Source: Gammaproteobacteria bacterium
GTDB taxonomy: Bacteria; Pseudomonadota; Gammaproteobacteria; Eutrophobiales; Eutrophobiaceae
Direction: 5' to 3'
Length of the DNA: 64,000 nt
Assembly (NCBI GenBank): GCA_004297165.1
Contig: SCUJ01000011.1
Coordinates: 128,095-192,094 of the forward strand
Every line of letters begins with the position of its first letter. The first letter of the stretch is position 1. Made by a program: the position numbers and the translations under genes. Below are positions 10,832 to 19,486 of this stretch, piece after piece. The notes below the pieces were generated by a model that searched no databases, had not been told where the DNA came from, and saw nothing but the letters and a program-made list of their open reading frames with translations.

Positions 10832-12247
10832 ATGACCAAAAAACAATCTTTCCTGAACGCTTGCGGCGCCCTGTTGATCGGGCTCGCGGCGATCCATTCG
10901 CCGCCAGCCCTCGCCGTCAATGACGCCATGCTGGATCTGCTCAGGATCCTGCGCGACAAGGGCAGTCTAACCCAGGATGAATACGAAATGTTGATCAACG
11001 CATCAAAGGCTGACGCCGAGCACGTGAATTTCGCCAAGGAAGAGGTCAAGCGCATCGACACGACCAACATCGTCACCAAGGACAAATTATCCTTCACGTC
11101 CAAGGATGGCGATTTCGAATGGCAGCCCATCGGCCGGATCATGGCGGATTATCACATCGTCGATTCCGATCTCTCGGCCATCGACACCGAAGGTGCGTTC
11201 CGGCGCGCCCGGCTCGGGATGCAGGGCAAGATGTGGGGCAAATGGATTTGGAAGCTCGAATATGACTTCTCAAGTGGCTCCGCCGACATGAAGGACGGCT
11301 ACGTAGGCTACGAACAGGCCTACGCCAACGGCAAATGGAACATCAAGGCGGGGCAGCATCACATTCCTTTCGGCATTGCCACCATGTCGAGCTCCAAATA
11401 CCTGACCCTGCTGGAGCGACCATTGCTGGCCGATGGCGAACTGCAACCCGCCCGCAACCTGGGCTTATCCGGTTTCATCCATGGCGGAGAGGTCTGGACG
11501 TTGAATGCCGGCGTCTACGGGGCCAGCGAAGGCACGCCGGCGGACCCGAATACTTTCGAAGAGGTGAACATCGCCGCGCGCGGCACCTGGAATCCGTACC
11601 TGAAGGACCCGGTGCATCTACTGTATGTTGGCGGTTCGATCTGGTACAGAAACCCGAACGATTCCAGTTTGCGGATCCGGCAGCGTCCGGGCGTGATCCG
11701 CGCAGCGGATGAACGCTTTATCGACGCCAATTTCGGAACCGGCCTCGCCGAGGACGTGCTCGCCTTCGACGCGGAAGGCGTGGCCATCTGGGGTCCGTTC
11801 CACCTGCAGGGCGAATATGTCCACTGGAATGTCACACCGACCACACCCACGGCCTGGAGCGCTGTCGAACCCGGGGATGTTGACTTGAACGGGTACTACA
11901 TCGAGGCGAGTTACTTCCTGACCGGTGAATCGATGAACTTGAAGACGGCCGAAGGCGTCTTCAGCGGGGTGAAACCATTCGCCATCGCCGGCAAGGGCGG
12001 AATCGGCGCCTGGCAGGTGGCGATCCGTTACGACGTTATGGATCTGAACGATTTTGTCACCGGGGCGGGCGCCGGAGTGCGCGGGGGTCTGGAACGCGAC
12101 CTGCGCATCGGTCTGAAGTGGTACCCCACGCAGAACCTGAACTTCATGGCTGACTACACCACGGTCCTCGAACTGGATCGACCCGGCAGCTCTCGCGACA
12201 GTGACGAACCCGGCGCCTTCAATCTGCGCGCATTGGTTTACTGGTAA
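10832..12247 (+). CDS. phosphate-selective porin, OprO/OprP family
   Basis: Signal peptide, FRRARLG, GQHHIPFG, SSSKYLTLLER, GYYIEASYFLTGE, terminal aromatic residue; divergent from phoB. Confidence 0.9.
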   Translation: MTKKQSFLNACGALLIGLAAIHSPPALAVNDAMLDLLRILRDKGSLTQDEYEMLINASKADAEHVNFAKEEVKRIDTTNIVTKDKLSFTSKDGDFEWQPIGRIMADYHIVDSDLSAIDTEGAFRRARLGMQGKMWGKWIWKLEYDFSSGSADMKDGYVGYEQAYANGKWNIKAGQHHIPFGIATMSSSKYLTLLERPLLADGELQPARNLGLSGFIHGGEVWTLNAGVYGASEGTPADPNTFEEVNIAARGTWNPYLKDPVHLLYVGGSIWYRNPNDSSLRIRQRPGVIRAADERFIDANFGTGLAEDVLAFDAEGVAIWGPFHLQGEYVHWNVTPTTPTAWSAVEPGDVDLNGYYIEASYFLTGESMNLKTAEGVFSGVKPFAIAGKGGIGAWQVAIRYDVMDLNDFVTGAGAGVRGGLERDLRIGLKWYPTQNLNFMADYTTVLELDRPGSSRDSDEPGAFNLRALVYW

Positions 12248-12275
12248 AACCAGGCCAGTAATTATCTCTTGTTTG

Positions 12276-12312
12276 AACCCCTCTTCCTGCCTGGGAGAGG
12301 GGTTTTCTTTTT
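12276..12312 (+). terminator. intrinsic terminator after porin
   Basis: AACCCCTCTTCC-tgcct-GGGAGAGGGGTT followed by T tract. Confidence 0.8.
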
Positions 12313-12442
12313 CCTGACACACCCGTCCTGGAAATTAAAGTAAGCAAACTGGACACCCCGAATATCGACTGCCTATACTTGCCTCATCAACCATCCTGAT
12401 GCTCAACAAGGAGGTTTCCCGCATGTCCAGACGGAGTGCAAT

Positions 12443-12862
12443 ATGAAAATACTTTTCGTCGCCGGCTTCGCGCCAATTACGCCTGACCCGCCAGCAAGCA
12501 AGTCGCTGTACGTTGGCGCGCTGGGGCTCCCGCTACACGACAGAGACGGCTACCTTTCGACCGAAAGCATGGATGGCGTCAAGCACTTCGGCGTGTGGCC
12601 TCTGCGCGCCGCGGCGCAGTCATGCTTCGGGTCCGATGCGTGGCCAGCCCATACACCCACTCCCACGGCGACGCTCGAATTTGAGTTGGAAAGTTCGGAT
12701 GCTGTCGCGGATGCGGTGGAAGAACTCCAGCGGCAAGGCACGCGTTTCATCCACGCTGCCCGCACCGAGCCGTGGGGCCAAACGGTTGCACGCTTCATGA
12801 GCCCGGAAGGGGTTCTGATCGGTCTGAGTCACGCACCATGGCTGCATCGGAAGTCGGAGTAG
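12443..12862 (+). CDS. VOC / glyoxalase-bleomycin resistance family protein
   Basis: ATLEFEL, EPWGQTVARFMSPEGVLIGL; 139 aa. Confidence 0.85.
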   Translation: MKILFVAGFAPITPDPPASKSLYVGALGLPLHDRDGYLSTESMDGVKHFGVWPLRAAAQSCFGSDAWPAHTPTPTATLEFELESSDAVADAVEELQRQGTRFIHAARTEPWGQTVARFMSPEGVLIGLSHAPWLHRKSE

Positions 12863-13015
12863 CGCAAGTACCGGTTTACTTGCAGGACAGGAGCAGTTTC
12901 ACTCGCTCCCCAAGCGCCTCACACCTTGCAAAACGGGAGGGATTATTTCTCCCTGCATGCCCTTAGGTGTGGGCCGGTTGAGTTTCATTGTCGAGACTCT
13001 TAAGATTGAAATCAC

Positions 13016-13231
13016 ATGAGCAAGTATTTCACTACTGAAGATGCCGCCAAGTACCTTGGCGTAACCCCCTCAAGGATTCGCCAATTTATCGCCGAGGATA
13101 GACTGGAGTCTGAGAAATACGGTCGCGATCACCTCATCCCGGAAGGCGGGCTCAAAGAGTTTGCTAAGACAGGGAAAAAGAAGCGCGGGAGGCCAAGGAA
13201 AGACGACAATAATAACTTGCGCGTGCGTTAG
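13016..13231 (+). CDS. excisionase-like HTH (HTH_17) protein with basic AT-hook-like tail; putative R-M regulator
   Basis: FTTEDAAKYLGVTPSRIRQFIAEDRL...YGRDHLI; tail KKKRGRPRK; directly upstream of MTase. Confidence 0.8.
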   Translation: MSKYFTTEDAAKYLGVTPSRIRQFIAEDRLESEKYGRDHLIPEGGLKEFAKTGKKKRGRPRKDDNNNLRVR

Positions 13232-13252
13232 GAATATGAAAAACTCCATCTC

Positions 13253-14140
13253 ATGGCAACAGTCATGAAACCAGGGATACATGAAAGCCTGCGTCGGCCT
13301 ACAGATGAACGGCCTATAGTGGTGCTTCATGGAGATACGCGGGAATTGATACGACAACTCCCGGATGACACATTTCAGTGTGCGGTTACGTCGCCTCCTT
13401 ATTGGGGCGTCCGGGACTACGGCGTAAAACACCAGATCGGCGCTGAACCAGATCTCCATGCCTATGTGAAGGATCTAGTCGATATCTTCCGAGAGGTTCG
13501 CCGAGTCTTGAAGCCGGATGGTACATTCTGGCTGAACATCGGGAATACATATACCTCTGGCGGCAGAAAGTGGCGGGACGACGACGAGAAAAATAAGGGG
13601 CGGGGTATGTCCTACCGTCCCCCGACGCCTCCGGGATTGAAGAAAAAGGATCTCATCGGGATAGCCTGGCTCCTTGCCTTGGAGTGTCAGAAAGACGGCT
13701 GGTATCTAAGAAACGACATCATCTGGTACAAACCGAATTGCCAACCGGAAAGCGTCAGGGATCGCTTTACGGTATCTCACGAGTATCTATTTCTTTTTTC
13801 GAAATCCGAACATTATCTTTTTGACCAAGAAGCAATCAAAGAGCGAACCGCCGACGGTAATGGCGTAAAGAACCGCCGCACAGTATGGTCCATCAACACG
13901 GAACCGTGCCCGGAGGCCCACTTCGCGGTATTCCCCAGGGCGCTTGTCCGACCCTGCCTCTTGGCGGGCAGCCGATCCAATGATCTCGTTTTAGATCCTT
14001 TCTATGGAGCGGGGACGGTCGGGATCGTTGCCAAGGAACTGGGACGCCGCTGCGTCGGGATCGAGATCAAGGACGAGTTTATAGCGATTGCCGACAAACG
14101 AACATCATCGGTTCAGGCCTCGCTTATCCCGCTGGTATAG
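13253..14140 (+). CDS. beta-class N4-cytosine DNA methyltransferase, M.SmaI-like
   Basis: Motif IV TSPPYW precedes motif I LDPFYGAGT; HFAVFP. Confidence 0.92.
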   Translation: MATVMKPGIHESLRRPTDERPIVVLHGDTRELIRQLPDDTFQCAVTSPPYWGVRDYGVKHQIGAEPDLHAYVKDLVDIFREVRRVLKPDGTFWLNIGNTYTSGGRKWRDDDEKNKGRGMSYRPPTPPGLKKKDLIGIAWLLALECQKDGWYLRNDIIWYKPNCQPESVRDRFTVSHEYLFLFSKSEHYLFDQEAIKERTADGNGVKNRRTVWSINTEPCPEAHFAVFPRALVRPCLLAGSRSNDLVLDPFYGAGTVGIVAKELGRRCVGIEIKDEFIAIADKRTSSVQASLIPLV

Positions 14141-14891
14141 CGAACTCCCAAACCGCGTGAATGCGGCAAAGGTCCTTACGAAGATTCTTGATCTGTAGTT
14201 TCCGTTCGCTCCCCGCATCGAAGTAAAGCTCAAACATCAAATCTCTGTTGGGCTTGTACACACGACAGTATCCAGGCTTTGGGAACTGCGCGCTGTCTAT
14301 CATCATTTTCAACTCACCGTTTACAGTCTGAGCCAATACCCGCTTTGGTATTTCGACCAACTCGTACTTCCAGCGCGGCGCTCTCGCCAAAGTCCGGAGA
14401 CTCAGGATTCTTTGGTAGTTCTTCAAGTGAGCCATGAATTGATCTCTTAGGGCCTCCAAATCCCTGGGATCATCTCCCCAGTGTCCCTTGCCCAGTTCCA
14501 TAAACTTGCTGATCCAAAGCTTGTCTTCTTTAATGCCTTTGTCAGCTTGCGTTTTAAGCGACACCTTGACGTTATCAATCGTCGCATCGTGACCGGGGTT
14601 TCCTTTGGGAGCAAGTATTGCCTTGTATCCGCTCATGTTCAGCACCTGAACGAGCACATACTCGAATTTGTCCTTAGTGAAAGGCTCGGCGGAAAAACTA
14701 TGATGCACGCGCATGGCATCGCCGAAGTTTTGGAGCGTCTCCTGGTCAAAAAGATCCGAATTGCTCAGGGTAAAGTTGTGTTCCGCGCCAAAGACGGCCA
14801 CAACACGCTGCAACCAATGCAATTGTCCCGCAGTCAGTTCCGGGATAGCGCCCACAAGCTGCTTTACGAGTTGAAGTTTATCGTTGGTCAT
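14124..14891 (-). CDS. type II restriction endonuclease, SmaI-like (probable CCCGGG specificity)
   Basis: NPGHDATIDNVKVSLKT, SKFMELGKG, YELVEIPK, KPGY, LYFDAGSERKLQIK match my recollection of R.SmaI; convergent with an N4C MTase. Confidence 0.82.
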   Translation of the reverse strand: MTNDKLQLVKQLVGAIPELTAGQLHWLQRVVAVFGAEHNFTLSNSDLFDQETLQNFGDAMRVHHSFSAEPFTKDKFEYVLVQVLNMSGYKAILAPKGNPGHDATIDNVKVSLKTQADKGIKEDKLWISKFMELGKGHWGDDPRDLEALRDQFMAHLKNYQRILSLRTLARAPRWKYELVEIPKRVLAQTVNGELKMMIDSAQFPKPGYCRVYKPNRDLMFELYFDAGSERKLQIKNLRKDLCRIHAVWEFAIPAG

Positions 14892-15142
14892 AACTATTCA
14901 GACATTTAATCAGTGGGCCAAACCACATGTTCAGATTTATCGTTGCAGATTGGGGGCAGACCAGTCTACTTTAATTAATCGTACATTATGTTCGGGTTGA
15001 GTTCAGCAGGGCTTTTCCATGCAATGATATAGTCGTTCCTGAGAATTTCCTTTTTAATCCCCCAATACAAATGACACCACCCCAAGGAACGGGCATCTGG
15101 TGGAAATCCTAATGCCTCACCGCAATCCGTGAGTCGGCGCCG

Positions 15143-16276
15143 CTAATGCCGGGTTCTTTGTTTGTGTTCGTACATGGCGGCGTCCGCATGCTTCAGCAGT
15201 TGCAAGGGTAGTTCCCCATCGTCCGGAAATACGGCGATGCCGATGCTGGCCCGGAGCGGAAAGGATCGATCGCGCAACTCGAAGGGCAGTTCAAGGGCGG
15301 CTTGCAGCTTTCCGGCCGCGCCGTGGACATCCTCCTTGTTCCGCAGATTGGTCATGAGCACGATGAACTCGTCGCCCCCAACCCGTGCGACAGTGTCCAT
15401 TTCGCGTGTCTGCTTCAGCAGCCGCACGGCCACTTCCTTGAGGACGGCATCGCCCGCGTCGTGACCCAGTTCGTCATTAACCGCCTTGAAGCCATCGAGA
15501 TCGAAATAGATGATCCCGAGGCGATGTCCGTAACGACGGGCGACGCTGATCGCCACGGAGATCCTGTCGTCCAGCAACAGGCGGTTGGCGAGGCCGGTGA
15601 GGCTATCGCTGTGAGCCAGGACGTGGAGCCGGAGTTCGCTCGCATGACTCCGCCGTTCCCGCCAGAATGCCAAAACAATCAAATAGGCGATGAATGCAAG
15701 GGAACTTACGAGCAGACCCCGGGCCGCCGCGAGACCGGCATCGATGTCCTGGTTTATGGGCTCCTCCCCGTCACCCAGCACGGCCATCACCGTCAGGAAC
15801 GCGGAGGAGTTTTTGTATACAAGCTCGTCCATTTCGTTGTGTTCCGCTCCCAGACCGGGGCCCGCGGCAAGCGCCGCCCGGATGCGCAGCAGCTCCAGTT
15901 CGAGCGTCGCCCACTCTTCATAACGCGCTTGCAGCAACAAGACCAACTGCCGGGCCTGTTCGTTGTAACTCGCGAGAGCCAGATATCCCGTGAGTTTCCG
16001 GCGGCCGTCGGATATCGCTCTATCGATGTCGGCAATGGCGGAAGCGTCCCCGGCGGACTGTGACTGGCGAAACTCCGCCTGTTTCAATGCCAGGAAAGGA
16101 CGCCGCATCTGATCGAGCATCCGCATGGCCGCCTGCCCGTCCTCGCCGCGCTGAAGCGCGGCGAAATAATCGTAATGGAAAACCGTCCCCCCATAGACCA
16201 GGACCCCGAGGACCCCCAAACCCAGCGTGATCCAGGTATCCCGTCTGTGCTGCCGGGGCGCTTGTTTAGTTATCAT
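15143..16276 (-). CDS. membrane-anchored diguanylate cyclase
   Basis: Two TM segments around a helical sensor; DSLTGLANR, DLDGFKAVND, I-site REMD, intact GGDEF. Confidence 0.92.
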   Translation of the reverse strand: MITKQAPRQHRRDTWITLGLGVLGVLVYGGTVFHYDYFAALQRGEDGQAAMRMLDQMRRPFLALKQAEFRQSQSAGDASAIADIDRAISDGRRKLTGYLALASYNEQARQLVLLLQARYEEWATLELELLRIRAALAAGPGLGAEHNEMDELVYKNSSAFLTVMAVLGDGEEPINQDIDAGLAAARGLLVSSLAFIAYLIVLAFWRERRSHASELRLHVLAHSDSLTGLANRLLLDDRISVAISVARRYGHRLGIIYFDLDGFKAVNDELGHDAGDAVLKEVAVRLLKQTREMDTVARVGGDEFIVLMTNLRNKEDVHGAAGKLQAALELPFELRDRSFPLRASIGIAVFPDDGELPLQLLKHADAAMYEHKQRTRH

Positions 16277-16498
16277 TGAAGCCCCCTGTTATCGTCCATT
16301 CCGGACCCGACTCATGCTGGCCAGCCTGAAAAAAGCGCCCAACACTACCAAAAACCACTACCGGCAAGCAACCGATGCAGTGCCCGAGTTCGGAGGAGAG
16401 GTTGCCATTCACCCAATGGCCGCCATCAGGGTCTGCTTCGGGTCGTCTTTCAGTCTGGAAAGAGGTGGCTTTTTTCTTAACCCGCTGATTTATAATTA

Positions 16499-16538
16499 AT
16501 GTCGCGTATCCTTCGGGTCAATGTCGTGGTCATGTCGT
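16499..16538 (+). promoter_or_regulatory. 11-bp-phased ATGTCG direct repeats upstream of XRE-2TM gene (putative operator)
   Basis: ATGTCG at 16499, 16521, 16532. Confidence 0.45.
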
Positions 16539-16589
16539 ATTTATTCTCACTGGGCTCGGTAAGATTGATCGAACCTTTAAAATGATGGT

Positions 16590-17054
16590 GTGAGCATGAT
16601 TGTCAGAAAACTTCGATTACAGCGGGGATGGTCTCAAAGTCAGCTGGCGGAAATGGCTGGCGTTACTTCACGGACTATTCAACGGATTGAACAAGGTCAA
16701 AAATCGAGTTTGGAAACAAGCAAGGCTCTGGCATCGGTTTTCGAGGTTGATCTGTCCATATTCCAACCTGAGGAAGAAACCATGATTAAAGAAAGTAATT
16801 TAAAAGACGATGAGCTGGAAGCCATGCTTTATGCCAAGCGCATTAAGGAGTTTTATGAGTTTCTGATAGGTTACTTATCTTGTGCGGCGGTATTCCTCAT
16901 GGCGTTCCATGGTCATCCCCTGATTTACATCGTATTAGGATTCGTGGGCGTGGGTTTGATCATTCAGGGGCTGATAGCTTTTGAAGTTATAGGTTTTTTT
17001 GGCCCCAACTGGGAAAAGAAATTAATTGAAAAAAAGTTGGGCAGAAAACTTTAG
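16590..17054 (+). CDS. XRE-family HTH protein with C-terminal 2TM domain
   Basis: VRKLRLQRGWSQSQLAEMAGVTSRTIQRIEQG; two hydrophobic helices then FGPNWEKKLIEKKL; low GC. Confidence 0.85.
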   Translation: MSMIVRKLRLQRGWSQSQLAEMAGVTSRTIQRIEQGQKSSLETSKALASVFEVDLSIFQPEEETMIKESNLKDDELEAMLYAKRIKEFYEFLIGYLSCAAVFLMAFHGHPLIYIVLGFVGVGLIIQGLIAFEVIGFFGPNWEKKLIEKKLGRKL

Positions 17055-17063
17055 CAACGTATA

Positions 17064-17128
17064 AAAAACCCCCTCCCGTAAATACCGGCGATGTCCAGGG
17101 GGGAGAGTGCCGGTACGCGGGAGGAGGT
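17064..17128 (-). terminator. long-stem intrinsic terminator after pstS copy 2
   Basis: Minus strand CCTCCCG..TACCGGC-loop-GCCGGTA..CGGGAGG then TTTTTT. Confidence 0.7.
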
Positions 17129-17137
17129 CTGGCAGAC

Positions 17138-18115
17138 TTACTGAATCTTCGCCAGTTCCTTGGCGGCGACCGCGGCCGGCAGCGGGATGTAGCCATCCTT
17201 CACGACCACTCCCTGACCGATCCTGGACAGGACCATCCTGATGAACTCGCCTTCGAGCGGCGGCAACGGTTTGTTGGGCGCCTTGTTGACATAGATATAG
17301 AGAAAGCGGTTCAGGGGATATGTGCCGCTCACGGCGTTTTCCGCGTTCGGCTCGACGAACTCCTCGCCCGACACGGCAAGCGGGACGGCCCTGACCCCCG
17401 AGGTCCGGTAACCGATGCCGGAGTAGCCGACGCCATTGATGGACTTCGTGACCCCCTGCACCACCGAGGCCGAACCCGGTTGTTCGTTCACGGTATTCTT
17501 GAAGTCTCCGTTGCAGAGCGCGGTTTCCTTGAAGAAACCGTAAGTGCCGGAGACGGAATTGCGTCCGAACATCTGCATGGTCCGGGGGGCCCACTCACCG
17601 GTCAGGCCAAGCTGACCCCAGTTGGTCAGGTCCTCGGGATTACCGCACTTGCGGGTTGCCGAAAATATCGCGTCCACCTGTTGCAGGGTCAGGCCCTTAT
17701 CCGCGATGGGATTGTCCTTGTTTACATACACGGCCAGCGCGTCGATGGCCACGGAGATCGCGGTCGGCTTGTAACCGTAGCGGGATTCGAACGAGGCGAT
17801 CTCGCCGGGTTTCATCGCCCGGCTCATCGGGCCGAAGTTGGCCGTGCCTTCGATCAACGCGGGCGGGGCGGTGGAGGATCCGGCTGCCTGGATCTGGACG
17901 GTGACGTTCGGATAAAGGCCTTTGAACTCCTCCGCCCACAAGGTCATCAGGTTGGCCAGGGTGTCCGATCCGACGCTGACGACGCTGCCGGAAACGCCGC
18001 TGGCCTTGGCATAATCGGGGAGCCCGACATCGACGGTTTCGCTCGCGTGGCTTGAATACGGCAACAACATGGCGCAGGAAAGGCCAGCCAATGTAGTGAA
18101 TATATTCTTGATCAT
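17138..18115 (-). CDS. pstS: phosphate ABC transporter substrate-binding protein, copy 2
   Basis: Same motifs as copy 1 ([17 protein letters not shown]); GGAG SD before ATG 18115. Confidence 0.95.
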   Translation of the reverse strand: MIKNIFTTLAGLSCAMLLPYSSHASETVDVGLPDYAKASGVSGSVVSVGSDTLANLMTLWAEEFKGLYPNVTVQIQAAGSSTAPPALIEGTANFGPMSRAMKPGEIASFESRYGYKPTAISVAIDALAVYVNKDNPIADKGLTLQQVDAIFSATRKCGNPEDLTNWGQLGLTGEWAPRTMQMFGRNSVSGTYGFFKETALCNGDFKNTVNEQPGSASVVQGVTKSINGVGYSGIGYRTSGVRAVPLAVSGEEFVEPNAENAVSGTYPLNRFLYIYVNKAPNKPLPPLEGEFIRMVLSRIGQGVVVKDGYIPLPAAVAAKELAKIQ

Positions 18116-18199
18116 GGTGACTCCAGATAAATTTGTGATGGTTGATTGCAGATATCCTGCATACCTCGGATGCCGCTTAGCGCCGGCTTCCTGGCCCGC

Positions 18200-18255
18200 A
18201 CTTTGGATCATTCCGATGTCATGGCGATGTAAATTTCATGACCAATTGAAGACAG
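18200..18255 (-). promoter_or_regulatory. tandem Pho box promoter of pstS copy 2
   Basis: Minus strand CTGTCTT/TGGTCAT/TTTACAT/ATGACAT at 11-bp period, 10 bp, -10 CAAAGT. Confidence 0.8.
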
Positions 18256-18280
18256 CCTGGAGCCGGGCCCTGAGATGGAC

Positions 18281-18583
18281 TCACTCGCCAAGCGCAGCGA
18301 CCGGTCGTTCAAGGTCGATGCCACAGGGCAGGCAGACCAGCTCATCCTGGTCTCCCAGGCACACCTCGAAGATGAGATTTTGTTCCTGTTCTTTTCTCAG
18401 ACGATCCTGCATCCGCTGCTGAATCCTTGAATCCAGTTCCGCCGCCCTGGCGGCGATCATCACGGAGATATCGTCCCGTTTCCTTGTTTCACTTCCCTCC
18501 GCCTGGACCCGGGGGATGCTGCTTCCAAACGCGATAATCATCGCGACGACGTAAACCCTATTTCCCGCCAATTCCCGTAACAT
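18281..18583 (-). CDS. hypothetical small exported protein (100 aa)
   Basis: Strong SD GAGAGGAGAG before ATG 18583; signal-peptide-like N-terminus ending VQA; coiled coil; C-x8-CxxC. Confidence 0.6.
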   Translation of the reverse strand: MLRELAGNRVYVVAMIIAFGSSIPRVQAEGSETRKRDDISVMIAARAAELDSRIQQRMQDRLRKEQEQNLIFEVCLGDQDELVCLPCGIDLERPVAALGE

Positions 18584-18771
18584 GTTCACTCTCCTCTCGA
18601 TAGATACGGCGCGCATTCTGAGGTCCGGTTGTTACAATCGGATAAAGAAACAGGGAAATACACATTAAGAATTGTTGCCCGCGAGGAATATTTGCGTTGC
18701 TTTGACAGACGATTTTTCCGACGATATGAAAATCCCGGGTCAAACAGCCGCCCAGGCTGGAGGTTAACCAG

Positions 18772-19446
18772 ATGCGCACCATCGCCAAGGTCTTCGGACA
18801 ATCGCCCTTCATCCCCATGCAGTTGCACATGGAGAAGGTGGCGGAGTCCGTCAACATGCTGCCGTCGATCTTCGCGGCCTATCGCCAGGGGGACAGCGTG
18901 CTGGTGCGGGATCTGTCGGAGAAGATCTCCCGCCGGGAGCACGAGGCGGATCAGATCAAGAACGACATCCGCAACAGCATGCCGCGCGGCCTGTTCATGC
19001 CCGTGGACCGGACCAATCTGGAGCGCATGATCTCCATCCAGGACAGCATCGCCAACTGCGCCGAGGATATCGGGGTGCTGCTCACCTTCAAGCAGGCCGG
19101 CGCTTTCGAGGGCTTCGCTGCAGGCTTCGACGGTTTCCTCAATCTCAGCCTGGAGGCATTCGGCCTGGCGCGAAATATCATCGAGGCGCTGGATGAATTG
19201 CTGGAGACCGGCTTCGGCGGCGTCGAGGCGCAGGCTGTCCGTAATCTCGTGGACCAGGTCGCAACGAAGGAGCACGAAACCGATGTCCGGCAACAGGAAC
19301 TGGTGCGGCTCATCCTCAAGCACGAGCAGGATATCAGCTATGGGGATTTCTACCTGTGGACGCGCATCATCCAGAAGGTGGCGGCGATCGCCGATCGCTC
19401 GGAAAATCTGGCCCTTGAGGTAAGAATCACGCTCGATTCCAAATAA
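18772..19446 (+). CDS. DUF47 / TIGR00153 phosphate transport regulator (PhoU-like)
   Basis: FGQSPFIPMQLHM, EHEADQIKNDIR, LFMPVDR, QDSIAN, IADRSE; upstream of pit. Confidence 0.9.
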   Translation: MRTIAKVFGQSPFIPMQLHMEKVAESVNMLPSIFAAYRQGDSVLVRDLSEKISRREHEADQIKNDIRNSMPRGLFMPVDRTNLERMISIQDSIANCAEDIGVLLTFKQAGAFEGFAAGFDGFLNLSLEAFGLARNIIEALDELLETGFGGVEAQAVRNLVDQVATKEHETDVRQQELVRLILKHEQDISYGDFYLWTRIIQKVAAIADRSENLALEVRITLDSK

Positions 19447-19486
19447 ACTCAAAACAACAAGAACAATACCTGCTCAAGTTTTTCCC

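Noticed and set aside
12313-17063. Islet as integron cassettes or prophage remnant
   Set aside because: No attC-like RYYYAAC...GTTRRRY structures, integrase or phage genes; the excisionase-like HTH is better explained as an R-M regulator
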